A stretch of DNA of 63,606 bases, counting the filler, from Octopus bimaculoides (Eukaryota), in the NCBI RefSeq assembly GCF_001194135.2. It is 6 parts of 6 records of this genome, joined end to end, with 100 filler letters (N's around TTAATTAATTAA, not from the genome) between each part and the next. Parts side by side here need not be neighbours in the genome. Positions count along the whole stretch, not along the records: positions 38,194 to 52,092 come from NC_069000.1; positions 52,193 to 61,018 come from NC_068992.1; 4 more parts are not named here. One strand, given 5' to 3'. Position numbers and translations under genes: made by a program. A model generated the notes under the pieces. The model was not told the DNA's origin and did no database searches. It was given only the letters and a program-made list of their open reading frames with translations. Of this stretch, positions 39,728-52,498 are shown one piece after another. Each line of letters starts with the position of its first letter. Within the stretch, counting starts at the first letter, position 1.

Positions 39728-39890
39728 AGAGGGCGGCAAGCTGACAGAATCATTGTCACGCCGGACAAAATGCTTAGAAGCATTTGGTCCGTCCTCGCGT
39801 TCTGAGTTGAAATTCCACCGACGTCCTTTCGGGACCGACTAGTCTCCTCCTCCAAAATTTCAGGCTTTGTGCCTTTAGCAAAAAGTATTG
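39728..39890 (+). mobile_element. SINE family A, internally deleted
   Basis: Head gggcggcaagctgacagaatc and tail caaaatttcaggctttgtgcc, lacking the central part. Confidence 0.75.
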
Positions 39891-39907
39891 TTGTTGTTGT
39901 TGTTGTT

Positions 39908-39979
<72 letters not shown>

Positions 39980-39982
39980 GTT

Positions 39983-40420
39983 AAGGCAGCGAGTTGGCAG
40001 AATCGTTAGCACGCCGGGCGAAATGTTTAGCGGTATTTCGTCTGTCTTTACGTTCTGAGTTCCAATTCCGCCGAGGTCGATTTTAATCTTTCATCCTTTC
40101 GGGGTCGATAAATTAAGTACCAGTTACATACTGGGGTCGATGTAATCGACTTAATCTCTCTGTCTGTCCTTGTTTGTCCCCTCTATGTTTAGCCCTTTGT
40201 GGGCAATAAAGAAATAAGAAATGTTAGCCCACTGGGTGAAATGCTTAGCGGTTTTTCGCCCGTCACTACTTCTGATTTGAAATTCCGCTGAGGTCGACTT
40301 TGCCTTTCAACCTTTCGGGTTCGATAAATTAAGTACAAATAAGCAAAATAACACGCGGGTGGGGTCGACTTACCCGCTCCTCCAAAATTTCAGGCTTTGT
40401 GCCAAAATTTAAAATCAATA
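39983..40420 (+). mobile_element. SINE family A, head-to-tail dimer
   Basis: Full unit ending aaagaaataag, followed directly by a 5'-truncated unit aaatgttagccc.... Confidence 0.9.
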
Positions 40421-40798
40421 TTATGCGTTGAAAATATGAAGGGGCTTCAACACATGTTAACCTCATTACTGTTGGAATTGTTATACAGGGCAAAAAGATC
40501 ATCTTATATAGCTGTTACTATAAAAATGCTGACAATGGTTTGAATGTCCCCCGTCATCCTTGTATTTGAATGTTCTCCTTGTACTTCTGAGATTCCAGTC
40601 TTTCTAAAAGAATATTCCCTGGAAACACTACTTCTGTTTATTTTAGCACCAATCACGATGTCATTTCCATTGAAAAGTCATGTCATAATGACGCGGTTTA
40701 TAAGTTCGACACAAATGTGGCCGCCGCTGCTATTGCTACTGCAAATACTGTTGCTTCTGCTGCTGTTTCTGCTGCTGCTTCTGCTGCTGCTGCTGCTG

Positions 40799-40845
<47 letters not shown>

Positions 40846-41190
40846 GGGTGACTCCCTTCGGACAAGAATGACCATGGGATTGCACCTAGAAAGTTCCCCT
40901 TCGTGGCACAAATCCTGGCAAGGTTGTTTATGGAAGACCAACAGTCGCCCATGCATATCAGCATCCCCCCTCCTCACGCCACCCATGTTATTCAAGGGAA
41001 AAGCAAAGGGGGCTGATACAGCTTGGCACCAGTGACATCCCAACTCGTTTCTACAGCTGAGTGAACTGGAACAACATGAAATAAAGTGTCTTGCTCAAGA
41101 ACACAACGCGCAGCCCCCCGGTCCGGGAATCGAACCCCCAAGTTCACGATCGTATGCTCGACGCTCTAACCACTGAGCCATGCGCCTTCA

Positions 41191-41191
<1 letters not shown>
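40846..41191 (-). mobile_element. tRNA-derived CORE-SINE (OR-like), embedded in (CTA)n
   Basis: Minus strand: ggcgcatggctcagtggttagagcg (A box), ggggttcgattcccgg (B box), ttgtgttcttgagcaagacactttatt (CORE-like). Confidence 0.85.
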
Positions 41192-41249
<58 letters not shown>

Positions 41250-41954
41250 TTACTACATTTGAATGCATCGTGCATAGCATATCGTATTCTTAATTCAATT
41301 CAAAACCAATTTTTATCTTTTCCCTTGATGTCTCATTTTCCTTGTCATTCATATTGTGTTTCTAACTTTGATCCCGATGTCTGCTTTGTTCATCTCATTC
41401 AGTATTCTTTTCTTTTCTACTGGATTTTATTTATCTCAACTGGTTGGTTAAACACTAAATCAGTCCTAGGCGTGGCTTCATATTCTTTTAGTCTTTCACT
41501 TATTAATTTGTGGCCGGCCATGCTGGGGCGACTCTATCTCCCATCTTTATTTTCAGCTCTGTACTTATTTTATTGAATACTAATTGTCGAACTGCTCAGA
41601 CACGACACATATATAAAAAAAGAAAGAACATAATCATTGTAAACGCACAGACACAGACACGTACACACACACAAACAAACACACAAATACATACGCACAA
41701 ACACACAAACACATGCACACACGTACACACACGCACAAACACACACTCAAGCACACATTCGCACAAGTATGAACGCTTCTGTGCAATTTCTGTCTGTCAG
41801 ATTTTACTCAATACGTTGAGAGGTTATATGTCTCAAAATCTGAGCGGTGGGATTGAAACCAAAACCCTGCAGTAACTAGGCAAACCTCTTGAATCAATCA
41901 GCCATCACTGCCGCTACACTTGATTCTATTATCTTGTACTTGTTTCATTTATTA

Positions 41955-42600
41955 AAAAGCGACCATGCTGGGGCACCGCCTTAAAATGTTTAGTCGAACA
42001 ACGCCCTCTCCACCACATAGTACATTTTTAAAATGTTACTTATTCTCTCGACCTATTTGACTGATCCGCTAAATTACGAGGACGCAAGCAAACCAACACC
42101 GTATGTCAAATGATATTATGAAGTAAAACAGAAAGGCACAACTACACGCATAAGAACACACAGACGCATATATACGACTGGCTTCTACATAGTTTCTTAT
42201 TTCTTCATTCCCCACAAGGGGCTAAACATAGAGGGGACAAACAAGGGCAGACAAAGGGATTAAGTCGATTACAACGACCCCAGTACGTAACTGGTACTTA
42301 ATTTATCGACCTCGAAAGGACGAAAGGCAAAGTCGACCTCGGCGGAATTTGAACTCAGAACGTGACGGCAGACGAAATACCGCTAAGTATTTCGCACGGC
42401 GTGCTAACGTTTCTGCCAGCTCGCCGCCTTTTTTTTTCTGCCTACACAGTTTCCTGCCTACCAAATTCACTCATATAAAGCATTAATATTCTCGGGGCTG
42501 TAGTAGGAAGCATTTGCCCAAGGTATGGCGCAGTAAGACGTAAGCCGAGACCCTGTGGAAGCAAAGCAAATCTCTTATTCAAACAACCATGCTTGCGTCC
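41955..42600 (-). mobile_element. SINE family B interrupted by a nested family A copy (42197-42430)
   Basis: The B halves are collinear around the insert; direct repeat ctacatagtttc (42185-42196) / ctacacagtttc (42442-42453). Confidence 0.8.
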
Positions 42601-42642
42601 ACGTTCATTAACTTTTTTTTATTCCCTAATTGTTTTTGTGTG

Positions 42643-42945
42643 TAAAGGCACATGGCTTAGTGGTTAGGGTATTCGGTTCACGATTGTGCGGTAACGAGTT
42701 CGATTCCCGGCGGTGCGTTGTGTCACTTGAGCATGACTTTGCTCCAGTCCACTCATCAGGCAAAAATAAGTCGTACCTGTATTTCGAAGGGCCAGGCTTC
42801 TCATATTCTGTGTCAGGGTGAATCTCCTTGAGAACTACGTTAAAGATATGGGTGTCTGTGAACTGCTCAGTCACTTGCACGTCAATTTCACACGTAGGCT
42901 GATCAACTGGAGCACTCCTCATCGTTACTGACGGAGAACCAGTTT
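42643..42945 (+). mobile_element. tRNA-derived CORE-SINE sharing its 3' tail with the 53728 element
   Basis: tggcttagtggttagg (A box), gagttcgattccc (B box); tail gagaactacgttaa...cacttgcacgtcaatttcac...gatcaactgga. Confidence 0.8.
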
Positions 42946-43765
42946 GTTACTTGCTTTTGTAATTGCACTGTTTAGTAGGTGTATATTTGTGCCTCAGTGC
43001 ATTATCTCACCTTTACAATGTCATATTGACTGTGCTGCTGGATTATCTCATAGTTGACAGGACCATGTTGCCTTTTATAGATTTATATTCTGTCTTTGGA
43101 AGATAGGGTTTTCTGTCACTTTAGCACCTACGCCATAAGCCGTAGCTTTACTGATTATTTTACCTGCGGAAAGATATTTAAATTTAATTCATGTACAACA
43201 CTAAAACCTCGTTCTGTATTGAAATTCATTTCTTCATCTTGAATATATTAATAAGTTTTTACCCTACTCTTCTGACATTTGATAACTTTCTACGATTTCA
43301 CCAAATATTGACAATTGATAAAAACGAACTGGTTTTGCAGTATCAAGAGCATAACCTGCCAGAAGTGATAACAGCCATTTGATTGAAACCTTGTGGCCAA
43401 TTGTTTGCTTAAAAATTATGAAAGAGCTTTCTCAATCGATTTATATAAAGCAAAAATGTATTCATTCTGAATGGAGTATGGGATGCGCCAAAGAAAAGAT
43501 AATTCTGTTTAAAACAAAGCCATGCAGCCTAAAGTAAAACATACAGATATTTTGAGTTGAGTATCTCAGATGTTTAAGTGTATAATTTTCTCACTGCTAC
43601 TAGTATTGTTATATATGACGAAAGTAGCAGCTTGTGTAATTGTTATTGAACAGCTTACAAAGATCTGGTTTTTCACCATCAGCATTGACGTATTAATTCT
43701 GAGGTACGAGCCCTTGAAAAAGAGCTTTCCAAGAAAACACTATTTGTTTCTGTTTATTTTAACAT

Positions 43766-43802
<37 letters not shown>

Positions 43803-43892
43803 CAAAACTTAAACACCGGAAAATATAGATATCTGAAATATTAGGACTGGAAGCTAAAAGTAACCGTTGATTAATAGATATAAAAGACATAA

Positions 43893-44275
43893 GTGATGAC
43901 AAAAAAATAGGTATCGGAGGGGCGATGTATACTCTGCGCGCATACGAGAATAAGATAAAAATATGATTTAATAAATATATTCTCAGACGAATTCATATTA
44001 AAAAAAAAGACGTCAAGAGTTATTTCCCCTACTGATCGTTTATGCATATGTAATAATGAAAAAAACAACCCATTTTTATTCACGTGTCCGTCAGTTTCAA
44101 AGATAATCAAACCAAAGTTTAATGATTTTGAGCCGCTTACCCAATGAGTATTTCTGCCAAATTTGGTGAAAATCTGTTCAGCCATTTTCCAATAATTTTG
44201 CAAACACACAGACAAGCAATCTAAGACGAGCGACTACAATACTCTGCTTTCGCTTACGCGCACAGGGTAAATATA
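43893..44275. mobile_element. Putative non-autonomous Helentron-associated (HINE/DINE-like) element
   Basis: Contains ccaaatttggtgaaaatctgttcagccatttt...acacacagac and a GC-rich end tgctttcgcttacgcgcacagggtaa, typical of such elements; flanked by a 13-bp direct repeat. Confidence 0.45.
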
Positions 44276-45469
44276 ATAAAAGACATAATTATAAATACAT
44301 TAAGAGAGGTAATTGTCTTCATCTGATTTAATGATTTCCAGCGGATATTAAACGTTAACCAGAACATCAGGGATATTCAGATGATAATATTGTTAACTAC
44401 TGTTAGTAAAATTTGAAACTATATCAAAACGAAATGAAATACATGATAGAGTTGTGTTTAATTATAAAGAAAAAGAGAACACAAGAGATCTATTGAAAGA
44501 ATGACACACTACAAATAAAAATAACGGGGAAGATGATGATGATGATGATAATAATAATAAAATGAATAAGAGAAAGTAATATAAAAGAGAAAATGATATA
44601 TAAGAGAAAATAAATAAAGAAAATAACAGAATGATAAATAAAATATAACTTGGCTACTCAAGAAAGTTTCTTAAGTATTGAATAAAAAAAGAGCAATGTT
44701 TATAATAGATTATAAACAAAATACAAATTGTAACTGAAAGAGAAAGAAAATAAAAGTTGTTACTTAATAGTGGATAAGTATACATAAAAACAGAATGCTT
44801 TTTGAAGTTTGAAAATAACAAAGAAGTTTCTAGAAGTTAGTGAAAATAAGCAAGTAATTGAGTATACAGATAGATCAAAACAATAGTAGTCACACAGTGG
44901 GTGGAAAGAAACTGAAATTATAAAAGGCATACTGATTGGATACAAATAATGGTGACAGAGTTTCAATACGAAACGAAGCACAGCGGGATCAAATCTATTC
45001 TGTAAAAAATAATGTATAGAAGTGAATAAAAGGAGGAATAAAGAAACTATCAAACTGGAAGATTGCAAGACCAAATCACTGAATTTTTAGTTTTAAAACT
45101 TCACCATTATGTGCTACCACACGATAAAATATCTTTCTCAATACCTAGCATCAGATGTGACAGCATGAATGGAAAGAAAAAAAACGAAATTTCTAGATTG
45201 CGAAAAAGGAACACAAAGAAGTTAAATGAAACAGCTACAGGCCTATCACATGTTTACAGCTGAGATTATAAACTATTTCTATAAGAGATGCTTGAACACC
45301 CAACACCTGATGGGAGGTCGGTTTACAAGTGAGATGAGTCATGTTAAATCTAGACGAAACCATCTGAGACTAAATAGAAGCCATTGACTAATGACAGCTT
45401 CTGAAGAGTGTTGACGGGAAGAAAGTGACGAGTTGGCTGAGGATACCTCTGTTGGTTTACTCGACATCA

Positions 45470-45756
45470 ACCAAGTTGAACAGTTGTGGTCGATTAATAA
45501 GGTAGCAGTAGTATCAATAGTTGTCGGAGCCCTGGGAACAGTGAGCAAAAATCTCGAGAAGTACGTGGAACAAGTAGGGGCTGCAATAAGGGTGGCGCAC
45601 TTGCAGAAAACAGCACTGCTTGGAACCGCTCGAATACTCCGGAAGGTGCTCGAAAAATGAGAGGTGTTACTTTAGTTCACTGGCAGTGAACAGCTGACAC
45701 CATAGTACATCTCCAGTGTTAGAATCTGTGGAAAGGCAATAATAATAATAATAATG

Positions 45757-45790
<34 letters not shown>

Positions 45791-45823
45791 TAATAATAAT
45801 AATAATAATGATAATAATAATAA
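45470..45823 (+). mobile_element. R4/Dong-like retrotransposon 3' end with 3' UTR and (AAT)n tail
   Basis: VAVVSIVVGALGTVSKNLEKYVEQVGAAIRVAHLQKTALLGTARILRKVLEK* then about 75 bp of UTR and AAT repeats. Confidence 0.9.
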
Positions 45824-46818
45824 TGTATTGATGTTGGAAGAAGTTGGAGATTGTTTAATTTTTGGGTACCTGTGATAAGAGTGGGCACGAGTGTCGTGGA
45901 ATGCGGTTGGGTTGGTGAGTTAGCTGCATCGAATTTGTTATTGTTTTGAATATTTTGCGTCATCTGACTGATGGTGGCAACGCGGTTTCGATTAAGGTGA
46001 GAAATTACCTGGTTGCATTTGTAGCTAATTCAAATTGTCTAGTTACATATGTTCAATGGAATATTTTCTTTGGAATCAAACCACATTAGTGCATCATCTT
46101 AAATCGGGGCCACTCTACTATAATAATTTCATCTGTAGACTAGCAAGAAATACCCCTTCTATTGATGATTTCATCATAATTGATAACGATGGTTTGAGTT
46201 AATTTTATAAAAAATCTTATTTAAACTTGTAGAACTGGTGGTATTAACCTGCATTAATATTCATGGTGATCTCCAGACAATGGACTATTTTAAGACTGAT
46301 GTTAACAGTGACATTTACATTATGCTGCTTAAATATTTTAACGAAATTCTTCCTAATGCCTATGTCATGCCATTCTTAGTTACATACTCGTCTCCTGGAA
46401 AATTTCTGTATAATTCTATGTTTACATTCTTTACATCTCTGTTGAGGATGAGGCTATTTATTATAAAATAATTTGCTAAACTAGCGGTTTCATCCCCGTC
46501 ATATTTCCTCATGAGAAAAATCAAAGCTTTCATCTCTACTTTTCTCCTCTAATAAAAAGTATAAGCAGAATAGTAAGAATATTCTAGTATTGATATATTT
46601 ATATAATGATAGCAATATAACTTGCCAAATAAAAGGGCGTTGATGAGCAGATCCTTTGGAATTGAAGTGTAAAATGAATAAAACTCTATTCTGAGGTTAA
46701 GTAAATTTACAATGACGCTTGCTGTTTATACGCCTGGTACAGAAAGCAAAGATACGATGTGGCGGTGATCCCGACATCCTAACCACTTGGTCACATGATT
46801 CACAAATACTCACACACG

Positions 46819-46878
<60 letters not shown>

Positions 46879-47416
46879 AACACTCACAACACACATTCAC
46901 ATATATAAATATATACACGAATACACATAGAAATATTTCATGATTGCACTGGTTTCATGGTGGCATGAATTTTAACCGTGATATTTCCAGACGTTCTAGG
47001 AAGAACTGAGCTCGGAAAGTACGTGTCTGCAAAGCGAGCTTGACCACTCAGCCGTATCTGCTTGATGTAATTCACAAAAAAAAAACTGGCGGTAAAATGC
47101 ACTGCTATAAAATTCCAAGCGATGGGATTGAAACTAAGATACCGTAACTGCGATTCAAACTTCTTAACCACACTTACATACATACTGTTTCGCAGGTATT
47201 GACTTATATACACGCACATACACACACTGCTGCACATATACTGATATATTCATACATTCCTGCATTGATACACTCACACATACACACACATATATATACG
47301 CACACAATCACATACCATAAATACACGGTCTTTATTAGTTACTTCATTACCTCTTAAACATCTCTTCAAATCCATAAACGTGAATAGTGAAGCAGTCCCT
47401 CAACCTCTTCCATCTT

Positions 47417-47417
<1 letters not shown>

Positions 47418-47493
<76 letters not shown>
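47418..47493. repeat. (CA)n microsatellite
   Basis: Direct reading. Confidence 0.95.
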
Positions 47494-47498
<5 letters not shown>

Positions 47499-48902
47499 TT
47501 ACACTGTCTTTTCATTCTCTTATTGTCCAGAAGAAACAATAGCCGTGGTCATAAGAGAGTGAAGTAATGATTTCCTGTATAGAAATATCTCTAATGAGTA
47601 CTAATTATTTCATTTTCGTTAAATTAAATGATAATTAACGGTAGGACAATAATTATGGGTCATGTTGACTGCCAGTAACATTCCTACAGCGCAGTTGCTA
47701 AATTCGTCGACGGAATCCGCTTCCATCTTTAACATCTATCAACAAAGTTACTATAAATGATCATGGCGTAATTTTCACTTCCGCCATCCCAGCAACCCAA
47801 CCGACACTAATGGCGACATCGCCGCCGACGCCACAATAGCCACCATCGTAATGATCACCAACCTTCCAACTGTGAACAGACGTTGATGGATCTGCAAGGT
47901 ATGATAAAGCAAACTCTCACAAATCATACTCCGCCATCTTAAAGAGGTAATTCAATGATTAACGTCCTCAGTAAAATTGTGTTTGTACATTTCTTCCTTC
48001 TCTCTATTTCCTTGAGAATCAGTCACAACTCAAACCTCTGATTTTACTATTGTTTCTTTCCCTCTTTTCCTTGCAGCATAAAATGAATAACCTCGTTTTC
48101 ACGTTTTGTTTTCCGTTTTTCATTTTCATTTTGGTATCTGGTTCCTTTTAGTGAATGTTGTCTCAGATACAACCTGCCCCGTCAAGCATTAACAAGATGT
48201 GTATAGCATCGGCTTTTCATAATAGGCATCTCGTGAATTTTTGACCCAAAGGCTAAACAACAATCTTTTGGTTTTGCTGTTGTTGAATCACAGTGAGCAG
48301 CTGGCAGCTTATTTCACTCTCCGAACAGAGGTGTCTTTGGTAGAGTGCACAAGGAATTCAAGCAGCAGCGAGAGATCTAATGATGCGTCCCTTTCTGGCA
48401 TCCTAACCTTGCTGAGCTGCAATAACTGCCTTAGTCTCACACATCTCGGAGCCCTTGCAGACGTTTCAAGATATATATATATATATATATATACATATAT
48501 ATATGTGTGTGTGTGTGCGTGTGTGTACTTATATATGTATTCATATATACATGTAAATAGAGATAAAATAAAGACGATAAATATTCACGTAGGGATATAT
48601 GGATATTTATATATTAACAGTCCAAACTTACGCACACACACACACACACAGACATACATACTCTCTCTTTCTCTCTCTCGCTCTCTCTCGCTCTCTTTCT
48701 CTCTCTCTCTCCCGCTGTCTCTCTCACAGACACACACACACATAATATATCTCACGGGATCGAGTTCCAAGTACAGCTGTTTTCTATCCACGCTATTATT
48801 CATACATCTATCTGCTTAGTATTTCACCGCTTCACCGTTCCACGATGATTTATTTCAAGTTCTCTCAAACTTGCTCAATTCTTATAACGTCAATTACATA
48901 TA

Positions 48903-49520
48903 CGAGGTGTAGTCAAAAAGTATCCGACCTTGATTATTTTTTGCACAAAATAATAATACGGGAGCAAAATCCACTCGGGTATTAGGTGGATGCGTCGTTC
49001 CTGAGCATGCACAAAAAGTATCGTGTCTGTAGGTTGTGCCATTCGCCCGCAGTGACGTGTTGAGTTCAGACGTGAAGAGTGTACTAAGCGATTTTTCTTT
49101 TTGAGTCAAGATAATCGAGCGCATTGAGTAAAGATACTGTATTAAATTCTGCCAAAAACTTGGTGATACGCAAACCCAGACAATCGAGAAGATTCAGAAG
49201 GCCTTTGGAGATGGTGCTATAGAAAACACACAAATTAAGGAGTGGTATAACCAGTTCAAAGATGGCGGCACCTTTATTGTGGCAGACCATCGACTACCAG
49301 AAACGACGAAATGATTGCAAAGGTTTGAGGAACAGTCTATAAAGACAGCCGTGTGACTATTGAGGAGATTGTTGTCGAAGTTGGAACCAGCCAGGAGTCA
49401 GTTCAGTTATTTCGTTACGCCCACGTCGTCGAAGCATTCCTCATGAAGCAAAACACACCATTTGTTCGTCAGGCTTCATATTTCCCAGACTTGTCTCCGA
49501 AGCTAACGAAGCTCAAAAAG
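48903..49520 (+). mobile_element. Decayed, internally deleted mariner element
   Basis: TA|cgaggtgtagtcaaaaagtatccgacc TIR-like start; IE*RYCIKFCQKLGDTQTQTIEKIQKAFGDGAIENTQIKEWYNQFKDG (N-terminal HTH) fused to RQASYFPDLSP (YSPDLAP relic). Confidence 0.8.
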
Positions 49521-49639
49521 AATTTAAAAAAAACACTCCCAGAAAAGCCCGGAGAGTGGTAGCAACGAGAAATACAGTGTCTTGCTCAAGGAGACAGCAA
49601 GCTGCCAAGAATTGAATTCCTGATCCTACGATCCCCTTC

Positions 49640-49820
49640 TCCCGAAATTTAGCGGTATTTCGTCTGCTGCTACTTTCTGAGTTCAAATTACGTCGAGGTC
49701 GACTGTGCCTTTCATACTTTTGGGGGTCGAGAAATTAAGTACCAGTTGCGTACTGAAGACGATCGAATCGACTGGTGCTCTCTCCCAAAATTTCGGGCCT
49801 TGTGTCTAGAGTAGAAAAGA
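49640..49820 (+). mobile_element. SINE family A, 5'-truncated
   Basis: ttagcggtatttcgtctgc...gagttcaaatt...cccaaaatttcgggccttgtg. Confidence 0.85.
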
Positions 49821-50524
49821 ATATTTGTGCAACGCAAAGATGTATAATATTACAAACAGCTGGCAGACTTCAAGATTTGTGGCACAAAATCTGTCTGATC
49901 TTGAATTTGCTCACCTATTCAGCAAACCTTTCCAGACTCGAGTCCTTTGAGACGCAAAGCAATAATTTTAGCCCTAGCTTCATATGATATCTCTATTAAT
50001 TCCTATAATATTAGTGTACCATGCAATATTTTAAATATCGAGTGATGTTGGATATGATGGAGTGATATATCATCTTTCATACCTCACTGTACGTAAGATG
50101 AATCGTAATTTTTACGTGCATATATATGCCCGATAATTTAGCTGTTAATCTTCATACGGAAACATGGTTTGAAAAGTATTGCATTTCAGTTTAGTAGTCA
50201 TTCCTTTAATGAAGTTTGTACGTGTTTGTTTGTGCATTTTTCTGTGTACATATGTACGAATGTCTGTCTGTCTGTATGTATGTATGTATGTATGTATGTA
50301 TGTATGTATGTATGTATGGATCTATGCATTTCGCCTTCAGGTTCTTTCTGCCTTCTGTCTATCAATCATTGAAGCAATCGATCATCGATCAATCGATCAG
50401 TGAATGACTGACTGACTAAATGAATCTATCTATCTATCTATCCATCTACCTTGTTCTCTCTCCAATCGCTCACCCCGTGTGTCTTTCCACAAGCATATAC
50501 ATATACATACATAAATACATATAC

Positions 50525-50555
<31 letters not shown>

Positions 50556-50618
50556 CAAGCATATATGTATCTATATATACCTATATATGTGTGTGTGTGG
50601 ATACATATATACTTCTTG

Positions 50619-50665
<47 letters not shown>

Positions 50666-50739
50666 TGTCTTTACAGCATATAAAAGATCACATGTAAGTA
50701 ATGGATTGGAATATCAGAGAAAATACGGGAAAATTCTGT

Positions 50740-50935
50740 ATGATTTATGTCCTGGATAGAAGCTGTTCCACGCATCTGCATTGTAACATTACAAATTACT
50801 ATTGGATATTGAAGCAGGTAGTCAATCACTGGAAACTAGACTTACTTTCCTGGACTTTGCCAACGTTTTCGAGAAAATTAATCATATGATATGATATCAC
50901 GCTACCTAGAAACTGTATTGTTTTAGGACTAGAAA
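50740..50935 (+). pseudogene. CR1/L2/Jockey-group LINE RT fragment
   Basis: RSCSTHL...YWILKQVVNH and, in a shifted frame, FLDFANVFEKINH (LDFxKAFDKVxH motif). Confidence 0.65.
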
Positions 50936-51136
50936 GGCGCTTAATAACTTTTTAATTATTCGGACAATAAATCTCTTTTCGATGTAATACGTCTGATGTT
51001 AACATCTACGGTGACGTTGAATAGGCTTGCCCTTCGTTCGATAAAAGTATCTTATCCGAAGATGTGTACACTGTACATATTAATGATTTTGAACATATGT
51101 CAGTATGTAACAGAGTTTCAATAGATCATCATCATT

Positions 51137-51168
<32 letters not shown>

Positions 51169-51204
51169 AGTCGTCGTCGTCGTCGTTGTTGTTATTATTA
51201 TTAT

Positions 51205-51542
51205 TGAGTGAGAGAGTAGTGCATGCCCTCAAAGTGACACTGGGGTAAGATATACGAAGCCCAGTATACCCATCATGACTACCCGTCTGATAAGGGTACA
51301 CCAGGCACATGCATCACAACCATATGTGCGCGACATGGTGATCTCATATCAAGATAAACAGCGTATGACCTCGCAGGTGGGGCCCAGTTAGAATTTTCTT
51401 CACGTCGAGTAGCCCATCCTGCTCAAAAGGTCCCTGAATAAGGTTTCTTTAAGGATGTTGAGCAAAACACTCATGTTTCCAAAGGTGCATTATTCAAACC
51501 CCAAAGAATTCCTCTCAACGCATGGCTATGATGCTCCCCACC
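51205..51542 (-). mobile_element. Unclassified repeat family D
   Basis: Aligns with 11109-11430; adjoins an AAT/GAT-type simple-repeat tail on the minus strand. Confidence 0.8.
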
Positions 51543-51559
51543 ACAGTTTTCTGTCCGCC

Positions 51560-51950
51560 ATTCTATCAACTACGGTATATTCTAAGCTTCTGTGTCCCAC
51601 TTGTTTATCTTTAAATCAATGAATACTTACTGTGACATCAAATATGACAGCACTACTCTTCATCCTTGCCAGTGTAAGGGCACAAGCATTCGTCCGTTCC
51701 TAAGTTTCTCCAGCCATTTATAATCCATTCAGAACCTTGTCAGTACACGCCGAAAACTCTAATTCGATGAATAGGCACTTCGAAAGCAACCAACAATGGG
51801 CAGAAGCCCAACTTATGTTTAACAACAGGAAAACGCAAACGCTATTCATATCAAGAAAACATCATCACATCCTTTTAATCTGTTCAAAGTACTGACAGCT
51901 TCTAGAATTGTTGGGCCTCACTATCCCGAGGGAACTTTCTTGAAAAAAGA
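51560..51950 (+). pseudogene. CR1/L2/Jockey-group LINE RT C-terminal fragment
   Basis: Degenerate YDSTTLH (YADD region), QQWAEAQLMFNNRKTQTLFISRK and LLELLGLTI. Confidence 0.55.
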
Positions 51951-51984
51951 ACATCCCCGATGCTGTTAGAAACGGATTCCAACG

Positions 51985-52232
51985 ATGCCAGGACTTATTC
52001 TTTGTAAACCTAGTAATTATTCTATCGTTCACTTTTGCCGAACCGCTAAGTTACGGGGACGTAAACACACCACCATCGGTTGTCAAGCGATGNNNNNNNN
52101 NNNNNNNNNNNNNNNNNNNNNNNNNNNNNNNNNNNNTTAATTAATTAANNNNNNNNNNNNNNNNNNNNNNNNNNNNNNNNNNNNNNNNNNNNATATATAT
52201 ATATATACATATATACGACGGGCTTCTTTCAG
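51985..52232 (-). mobile_element. SINE family B spanning a gap at its internal microsatellite
   Basis: ggacttattctttgtaaacctag...tcggttgtcaagcgatg | gap | atatacgacgggcttctttcagt. Confidence 0.85.
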
Positions 52233-52235
52233 TAT

Positions 52236-52440
52236 TCTTTTTCAGGTTATCCTTGTTGAGCCACCTCCATGAAGCTCCTTGGGCTTTTAATTTATGGGTT
52301 TCACGGTAGAACTGACCTTATAATTCCATGCGGAGTAGGGTTTCTCGTCTCTCATTGGCTGTTCTTGATTGGAATTCATGAGCACTCTCAAGTCCATTTT
52401 TGTTAACTCCTGAACTAGCAACATACTGTAGCAGGTCTTA
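52236..52440 (-). mobile_element. R4/Dong-like post-RT fragment
   Basis: Minus strand: RMEL*GQFYRETHKLKAQGASWRWLNKDNLK (LHGQF...SWxWLxxGxLK motif). Confidence 0.7.
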
Positions 52441-52465
52441 TTTGCAATGTTGTTCTTCCCTCTAC

Positions 52466-52498
<33 letters not shown>

